Origin: Sphagnum compactum
Taxonomy: Eukaryota
Reading direction: 5' to 3'
Assembly: GCA_965153455.1 (NCBI GenBank)
Contig: OZ234493.1
Location: 10,406,213 to 10,470,212 of the forward strand
DNA: 64,000 nt
Numbering within the stretch: the first letter of the stretch is position 1; the number at the start of each line of letters is the position of its first letter. Both the position numbers and the translations under genes were made by a program. Below are positions 38,190-51,128 of this stretch, one piece after another. A model generated the notes under the pieces. It did no database searches. It saw nothing but the letters and a program-made list of their open reading frames with translations, and was not told where the DNA came from.

Positions 38190-40190
38190 TTTAGTTTGTG
38201 AAAATGCTTTGGGTTGAAGTTGTGTTTGATGTTGTTGAAAATCTAGTGGTAGTTTGATGCAAGGTTTGTAAGAAAATTGAATAGAAGGAGATTGTTGGTT
38301 CTCAAGTGGGATTCATTTGAAAAACAATGATTGAAGGTTAAATGAAAAGGAGAAATGAACAATGATTGAAGGTTGTGGATTCTATTTTTTACCATGTTCA
38401 AAGTGGAGGTGAATGGAATAATAGAAAGAAAGTAACACGATTTGCATATGTTTTTATGTTACTTAGCAAGGGAAATCCAATGATTAATTATGAACATTAT
38501 AAACCATTGCTTAATTTTTTGAAGTTGAAAAAAATTCCCAAGAAACATTGAAGTGATGTAGCCAAGTGGTCTAGATTGTTGTGCATGTTCACAACTAGGT
38601 TTTAGCAAATAACAAATCTATTATTCAAGTAGCCAAGTTTGTGGCATTGAGTTGTGATGAAATGACTACTCTTGACAATCAAACTTGGATTTTTGTCTAT
38701 CATTATTGTGTTCAAAATTGGTGCAAAATCCTTGTTTTTCTTTCAATTGAATGCTTTCTTGAAGGTTTCAATGACCAAAACTTGATGAAGTTGATAATAA
38801 TTTTTATTTTAATGTTGGAGGTTTACCAAAGGTTGAGGTGCCCTCTAGGTTGTTATGCATTGGTATGTATGGTGTGAATACCTTTCAAGGTGCTCATGGT
38901 GGGGTTACAATTCAAATTCAAAACTTGCATGCTCATTTTTTGACAAGGATTCACTATATAACACACAAGACCAATTATGTGTTTATGGGGGCATGTGTAG
39001 AAGATTTTCTTTACTCCATTTACACTTTTTTGTACAAGTCTCCAAAACACCACCTAAAATTGGTTAAACTAACCCAAATCATGGAAATGAAAGGCAATAA
39101 TCTCATGTTTAACATAAAGACTTGATGGATTAATATGTTGAGTCTGTTAAAACGTGTGCTTGAAGAATGCCACCTTTTGTTGATGAAAATGGCAATTGAT
39201 TTAACAATCATGGCCTTAATAACAAGCAATTTGGATCAGTTTTGTGATTTCCAAATGATGTTTGGCATTGCTTGCTTACTATCAATGTTGATTGCTATGC
39301 AATCCTTCATCAATTTGCCCAACTTCAAGATGTTTTTGTGTGTGATTTCAACCTTTGTAAGGTAGGTTTGTTTCAAATGCATTGTCACTAATTGTTTGGG
39401 TTCAAAAGATGCCTTCAAGCATTTCAATGGGTTGGTGGAATGCACTAATGATACCATCTCCATGAAATGGACCACATATTTGAATATGAAGATTGATTGC
39501 TTGACTTTTGAATTAAAAGGGCAACACATTTGGGCAAGGTACAAAGACCATGCCATTTTTGAAGCTTTTTTTGTACAAATTTTGTATGCCAAGGCAGTGG
39601 TAGACGTAGAATTTTAATGTGCATGTGCAAGTTGATCTTTAAACTTGGTAACTATTTCTCTTTTCATGAATTGATGGATGCACTTGTGGTGGTCTATATG
39701 CAATATTGGTTGGGCCAAGGCTTAAAACTTCCTTTTAGTTACACCTTAATATGATCAAAGATGTTTATTGTGTGCCAAAAAAATGCAACCTTTAGGAGAT
39801 GTGGATTTCACCAATTTTGAACCTTATGGCTCTAGATATGTAATGGTATTTATTTGTTTTTAACAATGAAGAATAATTGTAAGGGTGAAATGGATGATCC
39901 TCATTCCTTAAACCCCCTAACACACTTGTCAAAATGATTTATCGCCATCCCAAATTGTTGTGCAAAGTATATCAAGTTTGTTCAAATTGCAATTGTGCAA
40001 ATTGTTTTGTGAAAAATTAATAAACTAAATTTTATGAAAAAAATTTAAGAATTGGTTGACAACTTATTTGGATGTTGTCATTCGAATTTTTGTTCAAAAG
40101 TTTTATATTTAGGAAAATTTTCCTTATTATCGAACTATTGAGGAGTGAAAGGCTATCCATAGTTGACATGCAATTGATGCTTAACTTTGA
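38190..40190 (+). pseudogene. hAT-superfamily transposase pseudogene (Tip100/ZNF862-like)
   Basis: Fragments CKVCKK, RKKVTRF..V..LL..G.PM..YE, ALSCDEMTTLDNQTW, (D)GVNTFQG.HGGVT.QI..HY.THKTN, SPK.H, KT*W..ML and LNFMK..LRNWLTT.LD, with many stops. Confidence 0.8.
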
Positions 40191-41684
40191 TATTGAGAGA
40201 AACCATTTTTATCTTGCAATTGGGCAATAGGTATGTAGGATACCATTTTCCCCGAAGCTTTTTGGTTTGTCATTTGTGACAATTTTTTGAGATTTTTGTT
40301 TTGTTTTAAATCTTATTAAGCTTGTTCCGTTCTAAGTTGTAGCTTGTGTGTTGACGAGTTTTCAAGTTTTGGTGATTTTTTTAGTTTATGGTGGATTTTG
40401 TTTCCATGATTGTAGTCATTTTATCTTCAACCCTATTCAATTCTATAAGGAGATTTTAAACTTTTATGTTAAAACATTGACCCTTGCTAATTGACATCCT
40501 TGCAACAAGGTTTGAGTCCTAACTCTTGAAAGTTGTGCAACCTATTGACTACTAATCTTGTTTTTCGTATTTTACTAATGTTGCTTGTATGTGTAAGTCC
40601 ACCATGTGTTGTAGCGGGCAAAATCAGATTGGTTGAGGTTTGATTCCCTCACATGGGTGTTTTTGTAATTTGAGATTTAAAAAATTCAAATCATTCATGT
40701 ATCTAAGAAAAACAATGTGATCTCACTAATGAAAGAACTATTACCTATTCATTGTCACCCATACACCTATTAAAATTAAAATAACCTTGTTAATGCAAAG
40801 CTTAAAAAAAGGGGGGGAGGGTCTTTATTTTGCAAATAGCTAAGCATTTTGACAACTCTTAATTTAATGTAGCCAAATTGTTACCCAAGGGGCCCACTAG
40901 GTAGCCAACTATGCAACATGGGAAATATGAAAAGATAACATTGATCATAAACCAAACATCCCCAATTGTACATTTAGTCCCCATTCCTCTTCCTATCCTT
41001 TGGCTCAATCCGTGTGTTCAATCTAGTAGCTTAATCCCCGTGCATGGAACCATAACCTATATTCTAAAAAAATTTAAGAACCTTAACAATGGTGCCAGAT
41101 CACAACTAGTTCCCAACGTTTCAGTCATTGCCAAAGGAGGTCCAAATGGGCAAGCTTCATGTGACAATTTAAATACCTACATGTTTAAAAAGTAGTTCTT
41201 TCAAAACATTTTACATGGGATCATCCATCACATCACTTGGGTCCCCTTGAACTTTGAAAACCTAAAGTTGCATTTGTTCTTGGGTTTTCTTGGTATATCG
41301 GGCGGGTAGGGACTCTTTTCAAAGGGGTTCATGATTCAACACATCAAAAAACACTTTCAATGGATTTTTGCATTGGATTTTAAAACTTTAATGGCTAATT
41401 ATCAAACAATTTCATGACACTAGAGTTATTGGTAAAATTACGCTATTAGGGGGTGAAAATAGCCAATTTTGGCATAATAGGGCATCAAACTACGTAATTA
41501 AGGGGCAAAAACAACAAGTTTTGGCATAATGGAGCATCAAACGTGTAACTTGGAATGAAAATTTTACAAAACGAAATAACCAGGACCCAAACTAGTTTTT
41601 CAACCAATTTTGGTGGTAAACTAAATTTCATCTTGTCTTCTTCCTGAGCACTTCCACTACTACTACATGTATTTTCCTTCAATG

Positions 41685-44600
41685 TTATTTCAGTGACAAG
41701 TCATAAATGCATCGTTCATTGTGAGGCGGCCTGGCACGGGTTTCCACGCATGGGCAACGCAAGCCTTGGAACAAATTTTACATAGAAACATGTCATGTTT
41801 TGATAGCGACTTGGCATTCCTTTCAGTCGGTCGAAAACCACATGCCATGAAACATGAGCCTCAAAACTTGAACCTTGAAACCTACCACTCACTGAAACAT
41901 GTCAAGTTTTGGCAAACAGTTCGACATGCGTTTCGATGCCCAAGTAACCCAAGCCCCCAAAACATATCCCCACTGAAACGTGCAATGTTTCGAGTGCTAC
42001 GTTTCAGCCCCATGCACTCATCTTCCATGTTCCCCCATGCAATCCCCATCCATGCCCCATGACCCATTCATGAAGCTTTAGACCAAAATGTTTATTTCGC
42101 ATTGTCGTCATGTATTTTTCCATCGAACTTTGATGTCTTCATCATCGCTCCCTTGCCAGAGACTTACTTAGGGTTTTGATAACAAAAAGAGTTCATTATG
42201 GCGCTAAGGAAGCTCTGTCTTTTCACCCACACTAAATCGTTCATCATGCTCTTATCTACAACCCACTTCATTTTCATTTTTCCCTTTGAAGCACAACATT
42301 GTTGTGCATGAACAGTCTTAGGAACCAATAACATGTCTTGTTTCACCCTATTGAGGCTTCTTGATGTTTGCAGGTGGATATTGGTTTCTATACTATTTTT
42401 GGCAATTGACACATGTTGTGTCAAAGGTTGAGAAGTTGCACACCAAATATTTGCTTGCAAAGAGGACGGGTTTACTGCTTTTATCATGTTCATTTCCTGC
42501 ATTGTTTGTTTGGGTTTTTGAATTTTTTTTGTTTCCGTAAATATTTTTTTTGCAACAATGCACTTGTATTGTGTTCATTTTTCACGTTGTTGGGTTTGCA
42601 TTATCTTGTGGTTTGTTGTTATCTTTTTGTTCTCTACTTGTTCATTTCCCTCGTTGTTGTTTAGGTTTTCAATTTTTTTGTTTCTTCAAACATTTTTTTG
42701 CAACAATCCACTTGTTTCTTGAATATGGATACTAGGTTATAATATTGTAGTGTTTCTCCCATAGCTTTTGGTTGTTCCTAGATAATGTTTCGGAGCTTTT
42801 CGTATGTTACCTTCAAACATCCAAGTGCATTGGGAGCAGTTTCGCAAAAACGTAAATGGCAACATTCCTAAGCAAGGGAAGTAAGGGTTCCCTTTTTGTT
42901 TCTAGTTAAGCGAGGTGATTCGATAGAATGTAACACTTGAAACATGACCAACTACATTAAAAACAAGTTCCAATTACATGTTTCAACATCTTTGTAGGTT
43001 TAAAAATTTTAGACACATGTTTCGACTATCTAGTGAATGCTAATTTTCAGATATTATTTGGTTCAGGGTTTAACCCATGTTTCAACATCTTTAAAGGTTT
43101 CCTATTTATGTACGTAGGTTTCGACTATCCAATTGAATGGTAATTTTTAGATACCATTTCCTTCAAGTTTTAACCAATGTTTTTAACTAATTTTTTATAC
43201 ATAGATCTGTTATGTTTTTGGTTTTGATCATATAGACTTTATCAGAAACACTCTACAATGATTGACAAAAGGCAGGTGGATGTTTGAAAGAAATGTTATG
43301 GTGTATCCAACGACCATCTGTTGATTATTATTTCATTTTGGGTAAGTGCTACCATGTTTCAGAATACATGGAGTGGTTATGTTTCGGGGAATTGAAGCAT
43401 TTACCATGGCACCTACTAAAAACTTAAGAATGAAAAAGAACAAATGAAACCTAGGAAAAACATGAATGTGAAACAAAACATGAATGAATATATTGGACAC
43501 AAGTCTTTAACCTTCAATGATGTTGAAACAACAATGATGGAATTTCAAACATGCATATGTATCCGAAACATAGATATGGAATGAAGGCTAAAGTAAGTGA
43601 TTGATGTTATTACAAATGCATATGTTAAAAATTAGACGTAAATGTGAATGTACTACAATGGATCAATATGGTATGAATAATTGAATACTATTTTGTTTCC
43701 TCGCATGAACTTTTTGAATGTGCAATAAGAAACAATGTTGAAGTTTGGATCATGAACAAAGGTACCCAAACTCTCTATAAATTCTTCTTTATTTTGCACT
43801 TTCCCAATCAAGAAGATTGCACTGCAATAATGCCAAATGTTTGGTGTTTCTATGATTTTCCCAACAAACACTAATTTCCATTTCGAGAGTTCCTAAAACA
43901 CAATATCAACCTCTCTCTAGGTTTCATTTTGCAAAACACCCTATCAAGTTCTAATTTTTTCTTCCTATCCCCATTGTTTTCTTTTGGGTTTCGGGAATTG
44001 ATGTTGGGGTATGTAATTCCTTGGATTGGTACCCAAATTTCCTGATGGCGAACCTCTATCTGAAACATCCGTATGTTTCGATTGTTCACTTTTTAAATCG
44101 TGATATGAATGTAGAGACCCTGGAAGGTAAATGCATTCGGAGATGAGTTATATTATACCACAAAAACACGCTAATTAAAACCTACTAAAACACAGTGATG
44201 AACACCTCTGAAACATGGCTATCAAAAATCACCAACTTTTACTTTAGGTTTGTCGATTGTGAAAGTTGAAACATGATTGCATCCATGAATGAGCAATGAA
44301 ATTTCTATAAACGTGTTTCGAAACATGATAGTTGTTGTTCGAAATTCTGTAATTTACCACCAAAACATAAATTTACATATTGGTATTGTAACATGTATCC
44401 TTGGAATTAATGGAATGTTGAAACACGGAATCCAATTTGGAATGATAATTGAAACATGATATTTTTGTTGGAGAAATCTGAAACTTCTAGAATTTCAGGG
44501 ATAGAAAAAAAATTTAGTAATTGAAACATGTTTCATATGAACTGATACGGGCTACTTTTCAATTGAACACTAAAAATTAAACTAATACAATTGTTAATTG

Positions 44601-44738
44601 AATCTTGTCGAAACTTAAGGAAACATTATTATGTTATAGATTCAAATAGAAAAGGTGTGATCCAATACCATTGTGTTACGATTTTTCCTGAGTGATAGCA
44701 TCCGACAAAACGAGGCATTCGAGAATCCTCTTTAGTTT
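41685..44738 (+). mobile_element. Unclassified repeat element (copy B of 22033 family), possibly Helentron/Helitron2-like
   Basis: The first 400 bp are homologous to 22033-22392. GAAACATG/CATGTTTC motifs are dense throughout, and a stem-loop at 44712-44730 is followed by TTTAGTTT. The right boundary is inferred. Confidence 0.45.
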
Positions 44739-45606
44739 CAAAACTTGTTTGATTGCTTGGCCTCCATGTTTTATGAGGCGTTTTTTACATACAACAATGA
44801 ATTCCTCTTGAACTTCATCACGAATCTCCAAGGGCAGGGTTTTCTCCTTCTTACGCTTGTGTTGAAAAAAAGAGAAAATCTCAAGGGAAATTCTTTTTTC
44901 CTGGAATTGTATGTCACAAGATTCTACCACTCCCCCCCCCCCCCCCTTTGTGGTCAAATATTTACCTCATTTTGTAATAGGTTATGTCAACAACATAAAA
45001 AGATTCAATGAAATTTGAACTCAATGTGAAAATTTTGCTTCAATGGAATCTGAATTCCATTCACAAGTAGATTGCCTACTGAATATTTCCAGTTGGCCTT
45101 GAGTGTTCGAAGGAGGGCCCAGCCTCATGCCTGAGGCATTATAGGGCACAAATTGTGGTTGGGATTAGTTAGCCTGGTCTGCTGCGAGAACTTTACTAGA
45201 TAAAGTTGTGATAAAGCCATCAGGGTCAAGTCTGCGCCAGCAGATAGATGCCTGGACGCATTTATAATCCATTGCTAAAGAAGTCTGTATTGCCCATGCA
45301 TTATTAACATAGGTGTATGTTTGTATGTTCCTCCTTTCATATGTCTTTTTGTGCACCTCTTAGGGTTGACTGGTCGTGCCAAATTCTCACTGCACATCTT
45401 TTACTATATAAGATGATTTCCGAGCATTGCCCTACTGGGAATCATCTGTTGGTGGAAACTTAGAACCTTTACATACAGGCATGGTCACATGCCTTTCCCC
45501 CTTCGACAAGATCTTCAAGTCCACTGATGTTTGCTTCATGTTGACTAGTGGGCCCCTGTGCCATTGGTGCAAGTATATTAAGGGTACATGTGTTTCCATG
45601 ACCTTT

Positions 45607-46308
45607 GTGAACTAGCACCCACCAGTGCACCATGAAGGATGGATGGTAAGTGGTCAGAAAATGGTTTTCTGTTGGGTTCTAATTCCCTAGCTAACCATGG
45701 TGAGGGTTAGCTCAGTTGCTTTTTTTTATTACCGACTTACCAACAACCCTTGTGAAACACTTAGTGAGTTGTTAGTATGGAGGTGTAAATTCAGCCTTTA
45801 CCTATGTATAAACCATCTATTTACATAGCAGTTACCTATTTTTTAACTTATCGTAGTATTTTTTCATGTTCAGCACAGTAGTGTTGAATAATTAATAAAA
45901 TTTGAAATTTTTGTTTCGACACCACAGTTTTTTTTTTTGAAAATTTTGACATATAATAAATTCATAAATGCTCTCACAAATTATTTGCTGTATTTTAGGT
46001 TAGACCATCAAAGACAATATGAGTTCAGTGAGGAGGATGTTGGTTCAAATTTAACTGCCTTTACTGAATATTCAAGTTTTTCGACATAAAGATCTGTTAA
46101 ATTTTATTTTTTTGACAAAACTGAAAATAATATAGTTAGTGCCGAAGCTGAAAAGGTACGACGATATCTACCCATATATGAGACCTATTTCTTACAAAAT
46201 TGGTTATCAAGGTGAAACCAAATATTAACTCAGTCAAGGTTCATCCACAACTGAGTTATGACAGGCATCCAGTGGATGGTGAGCTTGTGAGTGCTGGTTC
46301 ACTGTGGC
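45607..46308. mobile_element. MITE with a nested smaller TIR element (45851-46164, TA-flanked)
   Basis: Outer inverted ends GTGAACTAGCACCCACCAGTGCACCAT / ATGGTGAGCTTGTGAGTGCTGGTTCAC; inner ends TA|TCGTAGTATTTTTTCATGTTCAGCAC and GTGCCGAAGCTGAAAAGGTACGACGA|TA. Confidence 0.6.
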
Positions 46309-49300
46309 AATGATGTCCCACTCACCCATTGTTTGTGCTATCCTCACAGAACAAGTTGGTGAGAGCATTTTTTTCTGCCAGTCCATAACCTATTCTTGCA
46401 GATTTTTCACTGCTCTGATGGTTCCCCCCCAGATCTGGTGATACCAACACAAATGTCAGTCACCTTACCTCAAAAACAGGTTGTACAAGTGCAAATATAT
46501 TCTGACTTGGTCCTGGTCACATTAACTCTGTACACCTGCAACTGCCAGGTGTAGGTTTTTTCGAATTGGGTTGAGAATAGTGAGGTGAACATAGAAACCC
46601 TTTTGCCCATCATTCGACCAAATTAATCACAATTGAATAGCGGGTGAGTGGAAGACGAGGAAATTTAGCCTAAACCTCCTATAAGATGACCCATCCCATT
46701 ACCATTCAGGTCTGAGTGTGCTTCATTTCAGAGTTCTTATTGCACCTTGTTGAATTAATTTAAATTTAATTTACATTGACAAAAGTCATTTCATAGCCCT
46801 TGGTTTTGGAGCTTCTGGCAATACTAATGCCAGTTATAATCCACAACCCATGAGGAGCATGCCATATGGTTGGGTGTTTTTAATAACTCTCATTGACTAC
46901 ATCTGGTTGTGGGGGAAGAATTGAACACTCACCACTCCAAAACAACTAGTTATTCTTATTAATTGGCTCAAGCTACTTGGTTACTGCACATAATCTCATC
47001 ACTCCCACAGCTTGATTATATGCAGTAACCCAGCAGCTCTCACTGGTTACCTAGTACATAACTTTCTCTCCCTTGCACACCACCATGTTGAAGAATTTTT
47101 CTAGTGGTACCACAAGCCAAGTGGGGGGCCCAAGAGTTTGGGAGGGTCACAAGGTGGTCACATCCAAACAAGCAAACACCTCTCTCAAGGCCACTTTAGA
47201 TGAGGGTGCAAGGTCCAGGGTCCAATGAAATAGTGCAATCCTATTGGATGAGAGCCACAAATTGGACCCACATGAAAGCCTTTAAATGAGGATCGAAGAC
47301 CAAAAAGTGGCAAATTGAGGCTAAACTGACATGGCACTATTTTGAAGGGAAAATCAATTGGTTCCACCCCCCACCCGGCCCCCCTCCCCCCCAAAGCTAG
47401 AAAGGAGAGCTCATGATTTGAAGAACCAACATGCAAGCTAGGATGCAACTCAAGGATTCAAGTTGCTTCAAATGAGTCCAAATTGGTTCCTAGGAATGTG
47501 GACCTGGCTGGACCCCCAATCTAAAGTCGGCCTTAATATGCTGACAGTGGAAACTTGAGATAAGGTAGCATAATTCCAATATGAAAAAAAATCGGAATTT
47601 ATTCTGTTGGTAAAACTATTGTTCAGAGCAGTGCCCGCACAAGTGGTCTTGCATACATTCCTAAATTTGAGTGTGATGTCGGCGTGTGTCAGGAGATTGC
47701 AGTACGAATCAAGACTGAACACTGAACCCTTTTCTTCATCAATCCAGCTATATAACGGTTGCACTGTCAACTAGTCATCAAAAGCATGGGCACACCCAGG
47801 GGGAGGTACCTAAGTATGGGAGGAGGAGTATATTTGTCATGAGGCGAATTGGGTTTGCCACATGAATCATGAGAAGCAGAGTACAAGTCGCATCGATTCG
47901 TCTTCTAACAATCAGATTGTAAGCTGGATTCTTCCAGTATGGATATCCGTTGATCCTGCTTGTGTCTGGTTATGGTTGTGAATTGATCCTGCGTGTGTCT
48001 GTCGTCTTCTTTGCCTATCAGCTTCAGGGCTATTGAACATCTTAAGTACAAAGTAGGAGGATCAAAAACTAGGGATTGCGTGGACCATCATACATGGTCA
48101 ATTAAGCCGCCCTTCTTTCTTTGTTTGCCCTTCTTACATATATCTGGGACTAAATCAGGAAAGGCCAGAGCCCAAATGACAACCCTGCGTCGGGAAGTCA
48201 CTTGGACAGAAGATGGTGGATGAGATTGATTACTTTGTTCCCATGCCTTAGAAATTTTTTGGTGAAGAATTTTGCAATACCCTACTTATGTTGTTGGTGT
48301 TGCACCAGCATTGCAATACCCATTTCCAGGGTTTCACACCTTAATGACCAAAAATGCTATATAATGTAGCACTCAAGCCCTTGGATTTGATCCCTGGACT
48401 TCTTGATTAAAGGGCAAGATTCTTAATTATGCCCAGACTTTTAGCCTAAAGGCTAAAGATACCAGTGTGGATCCTGCTGGGCACGCCAAGGGACTGGGAT
48501 TCTACAAATGTGACCTCCAACTTTTTCCCACTGGTATGAACATTGAAGTACATACTTTACCTAATAGGCCTAGAGACAAGATTAGTTCAGTTGTTTGTAG
48601 TACACAATATAATTAACCTAACAACCAAGATCCAGACATATAGGAGCATTTAAAGCAAACCAAGATATAAATATTATTTTTTGACACAGAGGAAATAAAT
48701 ACACCTAGTTTAATAGTTAGGCTCGCTTTAGATTAGGAGTCAAGGCCTAAAAATCTTGGGGCCAATAATGAGAAATTTGAGCATTGCTTGGCTCTACTGT
48801 TTACAATTTTACGTCCGTTTGGGACTAGAGAGTCCATTAGACAAAAGGTAGATCATGGAGGACAGCATGCCTCTGGTACTGGCAGCATGCCACAAACTTG
48901 GCCAGGGCGACCATGTTCGTAGTCTGCATGAGGTCAGCAAGAGTGCTAGTGTGGGTGAGGGGCAGGGTCGAACAAAAGCGTTCCCTAATTTTCTGTGTAT
49001 TTGGACAAACAAGAAGCAAGTGCTCTTCATCCTCAACCTTCCCCAAATCGCAGCCTCGACAAAGCCTCTCTGCGTATGGCACGCCCTTTCACACACCTAG
49101 CACTACCTTAAGCTACGTGTTACCACATCGAAACCAAGCCAGAGCTTTCCGTAGCTGAACGTAGCTAATGTCACACAAGTAGCTTTTGCTCTTGTACAAC
49201 ATACCCTTGAAGTGTAAGTATCTTGTCTGCACGTTGGTCCCGATCTCGCAGTTGGTAAAGAGATTTTCAATGTAAGTCAGCCGCATATTATCCTTCATCC

Positions 49301-49659
49301 TTTTTACACTCAATATTGTGTGGGGAAAACCAGGAGGGGGTGGGTGTGAGGCAACTTTTGTCCCTTTACTCCCGGTTCTACAAGGTGACTATACTTGAAA
49401 GCATAAATGCTACCGGTGAAAGACGAAGCGAGCGTACTTCTAGATGCTAGATTGCGTTTGTAGTTGAGATTAAATTTCTTTGCCGCCTATGCATCATTCA
49501 CAACTTAACATTGATAGCTATATTTTTTATTTTATTTTATTTTGTTATTATTATTATTTTTGATCCCCACATTTCCGATCCTAGAACCTTCTACTAAATT
49601 GTCATCCCTTTAAACAAACTTTTATGAACTCAACACTTCCTTAAACTTGGCTACAACCA

Positions 49660-50193
49660 GCAATCATTTGAAGAATTGTTTCTCACACCCAGATTGTTCA
49701 AATTCGGCTTGCTTTAGCTCTTTGGAAAGCTAACTAGTAGACGCACCTTCCTACCAAATCTCAGGATCTGCAGCTAAATAACTAGGAAATTATGCTATAA
49801 AACCCGAGAGGATTTTATGGAAGTAGTTGGTCCAACTTGACTGCAGACCACCAGTCACTTGGAGAATTGTTTCTCACACCTAGATTGTTCAAATTCGGCT
49901 TGCTTTAGCTCTTTGGAAAGCTAATTAGTAGACGCACCTTCCTACCAAATCTCAGGATCTGCAGCTAAATAACTAGGAAATTATGCTATAAAACCCGAGA
50001 GGATTTTATGGAAGTAGTTGGTCCAACTTGACTGCAGACCACCAGTCACTTGGAGAATTGTTTCTCACACCCAGATTGTTCAAATTCGGCTTGCTTTAGC
50101 TCTTTGGAAAGCTAACTAGTAGACGCACCTTCCTACCAAATCTCAGGATCTGCAGCTAAATAACTAGGAAGTTATGCTACAAAACCCGAGAGG
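49660..50193. repeat. 191-bp tandem repeat, about 2.8 copies, inside the solo LTR
   Basis: AGAATTGTTTCTCACAC occurs at 49672, 49863 and 50054; the copies are nearly identical. Confidence 0.95.
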
Positions 50194-50705
50194 GTTTATT
50201 AACTTTCCCTAGAGTTCCAACTTCCTAATACTATTCTTACTCACCTCCATCCTTCCAAAACTCTTACCAAATCCCCCTTCTACTCTCTTTTCCCTTCCCC
50301 ACTCCCAAAGTTGATCATCCTTTTCCTCCTCAAGAACTTGTCAGAACTAGAACTCTCGAGATTGAATTAGAGGTCATCTCCCGTCGGAAAAAGAGAGCAC
50401 CCCAATCACCCAAGTTCCCTTTTAAAGAGAAGGAGAAGGAGAAGAACCCCTTGCTCGGTGGTCAATGGAAGGAGAATGTTCCTTTGCACTTACTCCCACT
50501 TCCCCCCAAACAAACTTACTTAAACCCTCACTTTTTATCCTTTGACACAAAGGTTTTACCTTACCATGGTCCTAGGCCATTCTTTACCCACTCCCTTCCT
50601 TTCCTTGCGTATAAATTACGATCACATAACTTGATGTCACAAATCCCCTCCACCTTCATTGCAATTTGATTTTTGTTGAAGATCTTTCCTCTCTTCCTTG
50701 CAAGC

Positions 50706-51128
50706 ATGGTGTCGCGCACAGTCACCTCCTACGGGCCCCAAGCCGCACAAGTGAACGAGGAACCGCCTTCGGAATCATCTTTAGATTTGACTCTAACGCA
50801 GCATCCCCGTGACGAAGAACTCGAACCTCGAGAGGTGCGCGCTCGTCTTGAAGTTGAACCCCCTCGAGCCTGGTATTACTGCATTTTGCCAAACTCCCGC
50901 ACCCTGGTGATCTTGTTATAAGTCGATCCTGCTTCCGGTGACGAACCCGAAACCGTTTGTGAAGGTTGTTATGAAACCAAAGACACTTCTATCTTCGCTT
51001 GGTCTTCAGTTCCCGGCGTTGGACACTATCGTTGGTTGTGCGGTCCGATTCGTCGCCTACCTCCTAATAGCAAGGTGGACTATCTAGTTCGTACTATTCG
51101 ACGCATTCTAGACTTCCTACAGCTATGA
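50706..51128 (+). pseudogene. Small ORF of unknown function within the solo LTR (140 codons, one internal TAA)
   Basis: ATG at 50706 and TAA at 50919-50921; the frame then stays open for 68 more codons to TGA 51126-51128 and includes CEGC..H.RWLC. Confidence 0.5.

Noticed and set aside
45411..45447. 11-bp stem AGATGATTTCC...GGGAATCATCT
   Set aside because: Too short to distinguish from chance, with no supporting ncRNA motifs.
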